Positions 13,681 through 27,300 of a stretch of 64,000 bases of DNA are shown piece by piece (position 1 is the stretch's first letter; each line of letters starts with the position of its first letter). Under the pieces are notes generated by a model. The model was not told the DNA's origin. It was given only the letters and a program-made list of their open reading frames with translations, and made no database searches. The stretch covers positions 50,034,001-50,098,000 of the forward strand of contig NC_043010.1 of the NCBI RefSeq assembly GCF_006345805.1, given 5' to 3'. The stretch comes from Octopus sinensis (Eukaryota). The translations under genes were made by a program, and so were the position numbers.

Positions 13681-16600
13681 CATTATTAAGAAGGCAGTTA
13701 GCTGGCAAAACCATTAGCATGCTGGGCAACATGCTTAGCAGCATTTTGTCTGTCTTTATGTTCTGAGTTCAAATTCCACTACAGTTGACTTTACCTTTCA
13801 TCCTTTCGGGGTTGGTAGAATAAGTACCAGTTGAGCACTGGTGTCAATGTAATTGACTTACCTCCCTACCGTACTTGCTGGCCTTGTGCCAAAATTTGAA
13901 ATTATTATTATTTTGTTGTTGTTGTTAAAACTGTTTCTATAAAGAAGTGGTTACACACCATGTGATCAATGTTTTCCCATATTCTCTGGTCCCTTTTTGA
14001 ATATTCATCTAACGCCTCATGTACTTTGTCATAACCATTATTAACTTGGGCTACATTTGACCCAGAGGTGGTCGATGACTGCCCTTTTGTTTTACAAGTC
14101 ATTTCTGCTAGCTGTCCTATCATTTTTACCTGTTAGTTTTTTCTCCACTGTCACAATTTCTCTGCATTTTAGCGAATCAATGAAGATATTTGTCTTTAAG
14201 ATCATTGAGCCTGCTAGGGATAACAATCATATCTTCCTCAACTCACACCCATCATCTTGAAAGAGAGAGGGACACACTGAATTGATCTGGTCTTAGATCA
14301 TTCCAAAAAAAAAAGGGTGGGGGTGGGGTAAAGATAAAAATGTTTAACCACAGATGGAATGCCTTTAATTAAGGCTCTGCTCAATCAGAGTTGACCTGGG
14401 ACTAATTAGCTATTCTGCAGTTCAATATATCTATTAGAAATTAAAGCGGCAAGCAGGCAAAAGCATCAGCACACCGGGCAAAATGCTTAGCAACATTTTG
14501 TCCATCTTTATATTCTGAGTTCAAATTCTGCCAAGTTTGACTTTGCCTTTCATCCTTTTGGAGTCGATGAAATAAGTACCAGTTGAGTGTTGGGGTCGAT
14601 GTAATTGACTTGTCCTCTCCCTGAAATTGCTGGCTTTGTGCCAAAATTTGAAACCAGTATATTCATTATGATCCAGTTCAAAAGGGTAACAAGGATACCA
14701 TCATTTATTCAAGGAGAACAACCATACTAAGTAGAACAAGAAAGTGTTTTTACTTTCTTTTAAAACCTTTCTGTGAACCTTCTTTAAATAATGATCAGAC
14801 ATTAGTCAATATTCTGTTACTGTCTTTGGAATTGTGGCTATGCTGGCGTACCATTTTCAAGAGCTTTAGTTGATTAAGCTTTGTCTCCTGCTTATTTGAT
14901 TGATCTCTATTGATTGGCATATGCACCTAACATAAAGTAGCATAACATAGTATAAGTATCTGAAGGTTCTTTTGTTTGATACAATGATTTAATCAGATAT
15001 TTCCTTACTGTTACATGCATATATATATTATGGGCTTCCATACAATTTCTGTATTCCAAATTTCAGAAGGCTATTGCAGACATTTGCTCAAGGTGCTAAG
15101 CAATAAGATTACACTTGGATCTACATGATTGTGATACACACTTCTTAATCATAGGGCCAGTGTTGTTTCATTCTTGGAAATTACCTGCTGTCAGCATGGA
15201 ATTATTACCCAATTTATAAAGCCTCTGTCCCATTGTTACTTTATATTTTCTAACTGTAAACCTTTATGTTATTCAGTGGTTTATACCAAGGGGCGCTGAA
15301 AAGTTCCTGGCTTTGGGTAAATAACATACAAGATCAGTTAATTATGATTTTATTTAACATATTCCCCTCTCAGATTCACACACTTATTGCAGCAGTCCTT
15401 CAGTTTTTCTAAGCCCTATGAAAGAACTTGTAAAGCTGGGCCTCCAACCAAGCCCTTCATGATACCCATGAAGCCAGGAGCTTTTCATACTTGAGATGGA
15501 CTGCTGTTAATGTTTTTTTTTTTTCTTGTCAGCATCCATTTTACACTATATGTACTGTGGATAGAAATCATTTATGTCTTTAGTTCTTAGTTTTTAGTTC
15601 ATACCGTTATTGATCTTGTCAGTTACTTAAATCATGTTTGTTTTTACAAACCATATGTTGCCATATATCACACATATTCATATTAGTCTATTGTCAAAAG
15701 TATTATCTTACATGTACACAAATATGCCATACTTGTTTTTCTTGTCACATTTAATATAATATATATAACCAATCAGAGGCACAGTGGTTGAATTAAGATA
15801 CTGAACTACTTTCTGACTCCCATTGTTGTGAGTTCAAATTTTGCTTACAGCCATTGCCTTGTTTTCCCTTGGCAAAAGCACATGCTCTTGCTTGCTTCAG
15901 TCTGTTTGGACAGTAATAGCTTTCACTGCTATTTCATTACTCAGTATTTAATGGTAGGAAGGGCATCCATCTGTAAAATTAATTACTCTAATAATAATTA
16001 TAATTATATGCAAAATATTGAAGTTTGCTAAACTTGATACCCAGTAAGTTATAGAAAAACTTGTATCAATATATTCTGAAGATTTATGAAGTTATTGTTT
16101 CTTAGTATCTTTCCAAACATCATGTGATAAATAATAGCTACAAAAGCTAGATGTAAATTTGGCTTCATTACAAGAATTTCATAAATTTGTGTGTCCATAA
16201 TTTTGGTTCAAGCCCATGTTCATTGTTGACTGTTCAATTTGCTTTGGCAAATGTTATTTGCTATTTAAACTTGCTAAAGCATGATTGTCGAAGGCTTTGA
16301 GTATCTAAATACTTGTACTGTTCCACTTTCTTTAAACCTACATAACAGGTATAGCCCATGTTTATCTTTTTTGTCCTTTTTTTTCTGTTTGCTTTTGGTA
16401 TATGTATATATTGCTCATTCCTGTCGCTCTCCTATGAGCAGTGATTATGAAAAAATTATGGATATATGTTCCTGTTCTTCTTTCTCTGAAATCAATGTGG
16501 CATTTAAACGGAAAGATTTTAATTTTGAGTAGCTGGGCAGGTGATTTAGAAGCAAAATGGAATTTGTAAAATACAGTTCATACTAAATCAACGAAATTTA

Positions 16601-19600
16601 ACTGAAGTGAAACCCACTCCCTTTCAAGTCCAGTACACCGAATACTTTTGTTAATTACTTAATTCTTTAGCCTTCATATTTATTCACATTGTTTTGAATT
16701 AATCGTGCATTATCTTGAAATTTCGATCATGTGGTTGTATATTATTAGAATGACTTTGTAGGGTAGGTGTGAGAAGAGTAATCTGACCAGTTTGAATATT
16801 TGGGCCAGATATGGCCAGCTTAAATATTAAATGCTTAAAATAATCAAGTTAAGGTTTATATGTTTCAAGCAAAAAGCTAATTATAAATAAATATTCAGCA
16901 AAGTAAAATTTGGATGATATTAATTTTCAGTGGCTGAACTTGAAGCTATAAATAATAGCCTGTAAATATTGGGTTAAAAAATACCCTTTGGGCAGAAAAA
17001 GTCAAAGGCTGTCCATGGGACTTGAACCAACATCTATAAACCTGACTGATGCAATTCTTCAAATTTCTGTATCCATTTATTCCACATTCTCTCGATTCTA
17101 AATTCTTATGAGATAAAAAAAAAAAAAATACTAGTCTGTGGCTAATAATTTTTAAATACTTTCTCTGGCAATTGTGGGAGGCAACTCCAGATATGCTTCA
17201 GATTATTCTGACATCATCACCAAAATATCACCTTTCCTTTCTTGTTGAACTAGTGATGACCGTGACAAAATAAAAATACAAGATTGTACCTTTATTGGTA
17301 TAAGAAAATAAAATTATCGAGAAATTAGATGGCATCTGAATGAATTTCGAAACAATTCTCTTTTTCTATACCAACAAATGTACAGTCTCGAATGAGCTTT
17401 CTTATTTACTGGGCACATGGAAATTAATATTAGTCAGTGATTAATATTGCTTTTTATCCTCCTTTCATATTTTAACTTGCCTATTGTTTTCCCTCCAGAT
17501 GGCATCTCTTCTAAATGTGAGTAGCCATGCAGCTCCTCTATAAGAACCTGCTTTCCCCTCACCCCCTTTTCTTATACTTTAACCCCTTGTCCCCTAGACG
17601 AAAGCTGATCCCACCCTCACTCTCCTTCAAGGTTTATACTTTTGCGAGCTGCATGGTGGCCTTAGTGCTAGTGCCATGATAAAATCACCCTGTACCTGTT
17701 GTAAGGTGGTTAGTATTAGAAAGGGCATCCGGCTGTAGAAACCCTTCCACAGCAGACACTGGAGCATGATGCAGTCCTTGAACCCATCAGATTCTGTCAA
17801 ATTGTCCAACCCATGCCAGCATGGAACGTGGATGTTAAATGACGGTGATGATGAGGGCATCTCTGAATTACTTAAAAGCAGGCTGGTTCAAATCTCATAT
17901 ATATAACTTGAAAGTCTTTTATTTCAACTTATTGATAAGAGACAATTGTCAGAGTAAACCTTTTTTGTAGCTAATTGAAATGCTGCTTAGTGACTGGACT
18001 TGAAAAAAAAAGGGGCTAGTAATTTTGTTTCCATGTTTTCTTCTTGGAGAAGATACGGAAAAAGGTTGTTAGTTTCAGTTTTTTATTAACTTTGGTTTGA
18101 ATAATGTTCTTTATTGTATTTTGAATGTATAGAAGTTTTGTGTATTTGGTATCTGCTTTTGAACATGAAAAGACTGTTAATGTGGCAAAAATAGATGAAC
18201 TGTGTCAAAACATTTTGATACAGTTTTGTGTCTTATTTAAGCCTTGGAAACAGATCTTGGTTTATTGGCCTCTCTGATAATGTTTGAAAATGAGTGGCAC
18301 TAAATCTTGAAAATTGGTAAAGCTTTTAACAAATATGTTCCTATTAAATTAATTTTTATGTGGTTACCATTTATTCAGAGCTGTCAGTAAATTCTTTTAC
18401 CATAAAAAATTTAAAAAAATGATTTCCTTTGCCATACTTTTTCAGGTCATTTTCTCTAGTTGGAAGTAGTTGTCTAAATGCCATTTAAAAAATTTTCTAT
18501 CTCAGTTAATTAATCCTTTGCCTGTCCTTTGTATCACCTGTAATACACAGGACATATTTCCCTGGTATCCATGCATCATATATATGATACACATTCCTAT
18601 TTAAAAAATTTTTTTTGAACTGCCCAAGTAACTCTGAACTTATGAAAAGAAAGATTTATATTACTCAGAATGTATAAAACAAAGAATAACTAAAAAAAAC
18701 AAGTTTGGAATAAACTTATGAAAATGCTTTGGGCAAGCAAAGGGTTAAATTTCTGTTAATTTGTGTTGATTGTATTTCAAACAGAAGTGCACAAATATTT
18801 AGGTTCTTCATTGTGTGAGGAAATCCGAAGTCCTTTTAAACTTATCTGATTCTAGAAATGGTTGTGCATCTTGATAATTTCAGTTAAAGATAAATTAGCT
18901 CAAAAAGGAACTGTGACAGTTTTCTCAGTAGTTATAAAGATTTCGTTAACTTTTGAATTAGATCTAAAGGTAAGATCTTTCTGTTGCTATAGCTGTTGCA
19001 TGATACCTTAAAAAAGGAATACATAAAATCAACTGTTGAATTTTGCAAAATTATATGACAGAATATATAATAGTATATCTCTACAATGCTTTTTATGTTA
19101 TTAGTGAAAATATTACAGCTGAAGGATTATAAAAATTGAACTCAATTGTTTGCTCTTTTTTCTTTTTTTTTTTTAATAACCCCAATAATTTTAAAAGTCC
19201 CAATAATTGGTAATTTAAAGAGTTGAATGTAACAATCAATCAAAATAATACCTATTGCTCTTTTTTTTTTTTTTTACTTTAAGTAGAAATAATTAGGCAA
19301 AAATATTAAAATGGTACTACTATCTTATTCAGTAGTAAATATGATATTACATTTTGTCATTTGAAGACTTGAATGCTTATTTCAGAAGCATCATGAAGAA
19401 AGCATCATGTAGTGTTGGAGATGAAGATGCATCTTGCTTGACTTAAACTCCTTGCTCCAAATTTTCTGAAAAAAATCTGTCATATTGCTTAATATTCATT
19501 ATGCCATCATGGAAACACATTGTGTTGCTAAACAGTTTAGTTGAGCAGTCAATGAGTGATAACATGTTAAACAAGCCTACTCTACTGACGAGTTCAGTGT

Positions 19601-22600
19601 CTTTCGTTAGGTTAATGAGAGCCGGTGAAAATTTCTCTCAATGGCAGACTTCCTGTTGGTGGAGGCCACATTGTGACTTGAGATTTACTCTGCAACTTTC
19701 TGAATCATTTACGAAACTGTTCAAGTAAAGTGTCTGCTGATTATTCTGTGGCAGTGCATCATGGGTAATGTACTTTAAACAAATACAAACTTTATATGTT
19801 TTGTATGGGATATCTATGCAGAGTTCTTTGGATCAAATGATAGGACAGGATATGTAACATTGACATACTTTAACAAAGCTGGTATTTATGTTCACTTTCT
19901 CCAATGAGGACTTTGATAGTTTGGAAATATCTGCCATGTGGAAAAAAAAATGTCATAGTCCAAAATACCTGCTATGGTGTACTGACATTTAGATTGAAAG
20001 GCAAAGGTTCCTCATACCTGTGAAACTAAGATATATGCATACATTAACCCTGTCATTGAGGAAACTTACAGACAACATTGTGGAAACAGTGTCACAGATT
20101 AAGAAATGGAGAACAACATTTTCATAAGACTTGGAGGAACAAAGCTAGCACAGGAAGTTATGGCATTTCATTGAAATTCTATTGGCAACACTCACACAAG
20201 AAACAAGTCTTTATATGCCAGACTTATGGTCAAAGATTAGACTTCAGTCTTTGCAGAAAATGCTCTTGATCCTTTTCCCCCTCTGCAGGGGCTCCATAGT
20301 CTACAAGACTTATAGATGCCATGCACATAATACTTTGCATGTCAAGTTGCCTGATGTTTACACTGAGATCTTTCACTTCGTTTTTGTTTTTTTTTCATCA
20401 TATATTCTGCTGGAGAGAAAAAATAAAAAGGAGAGACTAAGTTTCTTTACCCCTTTCAAATAATGTTCCATATTGTGAGATCTTATGAAAGTGATTCTTT
20501 ATAAGTCATATATGTACTGTTTGTATAGAATATAAAATTTTATTCTTGTTTTTTGTTGATGTTATTTTTGTTTTTGTGGTCATAGTTCTTGAAAAATATT
20601 GACTGTGACCAGTACAGGTAAAATATTTATCATTCCTCACCTGTAATATTTTTACTAATTTAAGAAGTATTATAAAGTCATACTATTTTTAGAAAGAAAG
20701 TAGCTGTTTCCTGATTCTACTAAATGTTGGGCAATTAATGTCTTAATTTTATCAGGCCTTGTCTATTTCATTATTAGTAATGCCGTGTTAATGAGTGTTT
20801 TGTTACTATCAATACACTAGATGATAAATTTGGTTATATTCCAGTTTCTTTTCTTTCTCTCTTTCTCTTAAAATTTTATTTGACCATTTAGAAGATTCTT
20901 AAATGGTTTCGTTAACAAGTTTTTCTATAATCTTTAAATGAACATTATCATGAATTATTTTTGTAATAATTTTAAGTGTGATTTCATTTATTTTCCTTTC
21001 TCTCTGTAGATTCAAGCCGTTGACAGTCCAGAAGGAGGTTCTGACACTGCTACAACACCTACAGATGTCAAGAAGACTGCTCGCAGGTCTGGCCTCAGAC
21101 CACCCAGCTTTGTTGGAAAAAGTATAATATTCTTTTATTGTTACTTCCGTTTTTTTTTTCTTTTATCTTTATTCATTCTCTTTATTTCTCTACAGTATGA
21201 GCTTGATACTCTCTGAAATTAGCTCAAATTACCTGCAACTTTTGATTTTTAGAAAACAAGCATAAACATGGTTGATAAGGAGCAGGTGTGGAAATAGGCA
21301 TGAGTTGCTGTGTGGTAAGAAGTTTGCTTCCCAACCACATTGTTTCAGGTTCTGTTTCACTGTATGACACCTTGGGCAAGTGTCTTCTAACTATATCCTA
21401 GGCTAATGAAAACCTAGTGAATGAATTTGATGGACAGAAACTGTAAAAAATTCCTTGTGTGTATGTGTGATATAGTGTAATATATGGATTCTTAGAATTG
21501 TGTGGCTATCACAGAAGGTGGACTTGGCTAACACACCACATAGTAATCCAGTACAGAGGAGTACAATGCAGAGTTCCATGCATTGAAAGTCCTGGAGATC
21601 TTATCAATTATTTTATGAGGAATATATAAATCATAAACACTCAGGAGGCATGAGGGAGGATGATATTTATCTACCCACTTGTCATCTTTAGGATTACAGC
21701 TGTTTCGCAGTCTTCGTCATGTAATAATAATTTCAGTGCATAATAAATAATGTTTACATGTCTGCACTAATATGCATGCTACACATACATTACAATTGTA
21801 TATTCACAGATCAGAACATCGTGGTTACACCATGATGTTCTGGTGATCTGATGATTTGGGTAAGCTGATTACATCAATACCAGTTCCCAACTTGTACTTA
21901 TTTTATTGGCTCCCCAAAAATGAAAGATCAAAGTCTACTTTGGTGGAATTTGAATTCAGAATCTAAAACCAGATGAAATGCTGCTGAGTATTTTGCCCTG
22001 CATGCTAACAATTCTGTCAGCTAGCCACCTAGACTAATAATGGTAATAATAGCAATAATGCTTTTTTCTATAAGTACAAGGCCTGAAATTTGGTGGGAAG
22101 GGTTAAGTCAATTACATCAACCCCAGCACTCAACTTGTACTTAATTTATCAACCCTGAAAGGATGAAAGGCAAAGTCGACCTTGGTGGAATTTGAACTCT
22201 GAATATAGCCACTGAACATTTCATCCAGCGTGCTAACAATTCTGCCAGCTCGCTGCCTCCAGTACACAACTGGTACTTGTTTTATTGACTCCAAAAGGAT
22301 GAAAAGCAAAGTCTACCTCGATGGAATTTGAACTCAGAACATAGCGATGGGTGAATTACCGCTGAGCATTTCATCCGGCATGCTAATGAATCTGCCAGCC
22401 TTACTGTCTTAACTAAGAATAATAGTAATAAAACAGAGGATAATCAGAGATAAAATCCAATTGAAATGTAGTGTACATAGAAATATCTAAGATAGGAGTA
22501 AGTGAAATGAATGCATATTGAAAAAGAAATATAAGTCTGTTACACTTAATAATTTTGTTTATATTTTTTATATTATTTAAGCAATTCTTGTCTATTGTTT

Positions 22601-24364
22601 GTAGGTTCTGAAAATATTGCTGAAGCTGCGTCACGATCAAGCTCAAAGGAAACCAGTCCATCAACCAGTATGGAGATGTCCTCCAGTTTCAGTGAGCCCT
22701 CACGAATGCAAACCTCGATGACCACAAGTCGAGAGAGCTCTGGCATCCCATCACGCATGTCTCGAAGCCGAGAAACGACCCCGAGTGAAGAGAAAAGCTT
22801 AAGCATTACTTCCCCGAGCACCCGGACTGTTTCACAGGTGAGCTTTCTTTCTTTTTTTCCTCATAAAAATCCAGAATTGACTTCTGTTTGAAGAGATGTT
22901 TATATTTCAAGTGGATATACCTTTCATCTTTTTTAAGTCATTGGACTGTGACCTTGTTGGGGCACCACTTCGCTGGGTTTTAGTCAAACACATCGCTCCC
23001 AGAACTTATTTTGTTAAAGTCTAGTACTTTCTCTGTCAGTTGCTTTTGCCAAACCTTTAAGTTATGGTGATGTAAACAAACCAAAACTGGTTGTCATGTG
23101 GTGAGGGACACACACACATATACAGTGGGCTTCTACAAAGTTTCCATTTAACAAATTCACCCAGAAGACATTGGTTGGCTTGGAGCTGTATATGTAGTAG
23201 AAGACACTTGCTCAAGATGTTGTGCAGTGGGACTCGACCCAAAACCATGTGGTTAATTAGCTGTTTTTGTTTCCAGTAAACAATATGTCTGTTAGTTTGT
23301 CAGACATGTGAAGACTAGTGAAATAAAAGAATTATCTTAATTTTAAAACGACTATGTTTTGGCAACAGAAAGGGTGTCTGGACATAGAAAGTCTCATCCA
23401 ACCCATGCCACATGGAAGAGCAGCTGGGAAAATCATGCTGATATAAATAACATGGCTCATCATCATCATCATCATTGTTCGACCGTGGTTGAGACAATGG
23501 AATTTACCATGCAACGCCAGACTTCACGGTCCATCATGGCATTACGGAGGTCCTGTTGCTGGATGCCTGTATCCCTGGAGATTACATCAGGGTAGGAGAG
23601 TGTGCGCCCTCTGATATTGCGAGTAGATGGCTTCCAGAGGAGAAGAGTATAAATTCTTTTTCAGCTCTACAACAATGTCCAGCAAACTGGACTCTCCTAC
23701 CTTTCACAAGAGATGACACAGGTGGTAGTTTCCCATATATTTGCATTTTGGTTGGATGGCACCTCCTCGAGAGATTTTGAGCTCTCATAAGGAGGCGAGT
23801 GTAGGTTCCATTCAACCACCTCTCAAGCTTCTTTGATAACGTCCAGGTTTCTGAGCCATATAGACATGGCTCATATATAGCCTACATAGACACTTTTACA
23901 GTTGCGAACTGTAAAGCGGTGAGCTTGCAGTATCATTAGCATGCTATGCAAAATGCTTAGTGGCATTTCACCTGTCTTTTGGGTCCAGAGTTCTATTTCT
24001 ACCGAGGTCGACTTTGCCTTTCATTCTGCTGCGGGTCAATAAAATAAGTACCAGTTGAATTGAACACTGGGGTCAATCTATTTGACTTACCCCTCCCGCC
24101 AAATTGCTGGCTTTGTGCAAAAATTTGAAACCATTATTATTATTATTATTATTAAGGTGGTGAGCTGGCAGAATTGTTAGCATGCTGGACAAAATGCTTA
24201 GCATTTCACCCATTGCTATGTTCTGAGTTCAAATTCTGCCGAGGTCGACGTTACTTTTTATCCTTCAGGGGGTCAATAATATAAGTAGCAGTTGAACACT
24301 GGGGTTGATGTAATTGATTCATCCCCTCCCCTAAAATTGCTGCCCTTGTGGCAAAATTTGAAAC

Positions 24365-24398
<34 letters not shown>

Positions 24399-27300
24399 AT
24401 CATTATTGAAACTAATTTCTGTTTTCTTTCTTTCATTACTGCCAATAAAGGCGGCAGCTGCTGATGTTACTGCCATGAGGACTATTGCTGAGGACAAGTT
24501 CTCTGTACTGCAGAAAGAGCAAGAGAATGCTGGACTGAAAGCTGAGATAAAAGATCTGAATGAAAAACTGGAGACCCTGAAGGTAAAACGTATTGAGGAC
24601 AAGGCCAAGCTGAAGGAATTTGAAAAACTGAAAATTGAGATGCAGATTGTAAGTATTTTAAAGTCTCCTTTGCTGGTAGTATGGAGGTTTTTTTTTTGTT
24701 TTGTATTTTGTTTTCTTTTTAACAAGTTAGAAATATTTAACTTTGATTAATCTTCATTATTGATATCTTTATTGTCATTAATACAATCATCATTGCCTTC
24801 ATCATCATCACTGCCATCACCACCACCATCATCATCATCACATCCATCACCACCATCATTATCATCACATCCATCATCATTATCATCACATCCATCACCA
24901 CCATCATTATCATCACAACCTTCATAGCTGTCATCGTCACAGCCGTCACCGTCATCGCCGTCACCGTCATTGTCACAGCCATCACAGTCATTGTCACAGC
25001 CGTCACAGTCATTGTCACAGCCGTCACCATCATCGTCACAGCCATCATCATCATCATCACAGCCGTTACCATCATCATTACCATCAGCATCACAGCCATC
25101 ATCCTCACGGCCATTATCATCATTCTGACAGCCATCGTTATCATCACTACCATCATCATTATCATCACTACTATGAGCATCATCACTATCATTGTCTTAT
25201 TACTGCTATCACAATTACAACTATCATCAAGGTATCATCACAGCCATTTTTCTCCCCATCACTGTTACACAGCCCACAGCAGCACTGTTGCTTTACCTGC
25301 TAAGAAACAGTGAAATCCCACTGAAATCACACACTACTGTAATTTTTAAAAATGGACACCTTGGATAGTATAATCTAAAATATTTGAACTTGAAATGTAA
25401 AGTGATCCTAAGTTAAACTCTTGACTGTATATGTAATTAATGAAAGACATTACCTTTGTGCTTCAATAAATTTTGAAAATAGTGAAGAATTTGGAGGAAT
25501 TTAGTAAAATAATGGATTTAAAAGGTGCTTATGTATAATTATAATAGAATGTTTTAATTTTTTTTATATAAGCATCTTTCATGAGTGATTTTGTTACACA
25601 GAAATAGAAGCAGCCTCAACTAGGTTCATATCAAAATGGTAAATCACTCTCCTGATCTTCCTTTCAAATGATAGTAATGAGTACATAAAATTCACAGTAA
25701 ACATATACGTTATCTAAATGGCTCTGAGGAAGCTATAGAATGTTGCTCAAGCACTCCGTTCTGAGTGCACAGTTTCTTATAGCAGAAACAACTCTAAGCT
25801 TATGAAACTGATTATGTATCTCCTGTTCTTTTGTCATTCATTGATTGATGTTATGATCTGTACTTTCTTGATGCTTTCCTGTGGAGTATATGTAAATTGA
25901 GTTCTAGTAACTGGTTATTTGTATCATTAGGCTTAAGTGAAATCATAAAATAAATGGAACTTAATGATGTTGATCTAGACTTTTAAGGGTCCTGAGAATT
26001 TTGTGTTTTATGTTCTTTTTGAATCGGAGGAAACCTGTAACCTACTACTTGCAATCTCTTGTAACCTATCTCTTCTGTCTTTGTAGATCTCTGAAAATAA
26101 AGTGAAAATGAAAGAAGTAAACAATGACTTAAACAGAAAGCTCCAGGCTGCAGAAAAGGTAAATTATTTTAACCCTTTAGCGTTTGAATTGCTGTGCCTA
26201 GCTCGAATATTCTGTCTGTTTTGTGTTCAAACTGGCCTTATCTGGCCTCTCATTCTTCCTCACAATCATCATTTGATGTCCATCTTCCATGCATGTATGA
26301 GTCGGATGGTTGATAGGAGCAAGCCAGGTAGAAAATTTATCCAAGGCTACTCTGTTTTGGCAGGGATTTTACGGTTGAACTCGGCAGGATTGGACAGATT
26401 CTACAAGGCATTCAACTTCATTATGATCATCATTTTAATGTCTCCTTTTCCAAGCATGCATGGGCCATATGAGGATATTTTGGTACAGTGTTTATGAGGG
26501 TCTGATGCCCTTCTTGTCATTAACTCCCACTTGTTTCCAGATGCAGTGATAATCTCCTAGTCTATTGAGCAACGAACAGCCTGGATGTGCTTATGTGGAG
26601 AACTGGAAACAAATGATACCAAAACTAGTCATTCTGTTTACTAAGATTGTGCAACATGTCAAGAAGCCTAGACATTCTTTTGTTGTGGACTGCAAACAAA
26701 TAGCAACATCAATGAAGCCACTGTTTACAAAAGATGGATGTGTAGGCATGACATGAAGGGAGTACACAGTCACATGGACACCACGCACACACACACTCAC
26801 TCACACACACACATGGCCACATGCACATAGATATGCACACATGGCCACACAATCCCCAACACACATACATACACACATGCATGGACACTGACACATACAC
26901 ATACATACACACATGGACGCAGACACACAGACATTGTCACTCAAACACAAACATGGTCACATGTACATATATGTATATACAATGGATTTCGTTTAGTTTG
27001 CAGTTCTGATATGTTGCCAATCTTTAACATCAAGAAAGTTTTATAGTGAACACACCAATTCAACTTAAATCCTTCTTTAAATTAACCTCTCTTTTGTATC
27101 AGGAAAGCATCTGCATGTGGATTTAGTGTTTTCCCCATCATCTGTTTTAATTAAGTTACACAAAATATTTATCAATTTCATTTGTTTGTTTTTGTAGGAA
27201 GCCCGAGATGTCAGATCTGAATATGATCGGTATAAAGAGGAAATGGCTGATTTTGCTGAAACTGTTGAAATTGCGACCCTAGACAAGGAAATGGCTGAAG

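Noticed and set aside
19585-19730. CTGACGA ... CGAAAC ... GTA, hammerhead-like boxes on the + strand
   Set aside because: Stem I does not pair and stem II is not adjacent to the core; probably chance.
24273-24725. 150-aa minus-strand ORF
   Set aside because: Antisense shadow of a DCTN1 exon plus a SINE tail.
24737-25192. 151-aa Met/Val/Thr-rich ORF on the minus strand
   Set aside because: Translation of a degenerate (GAT)n triplet array; no gene features.
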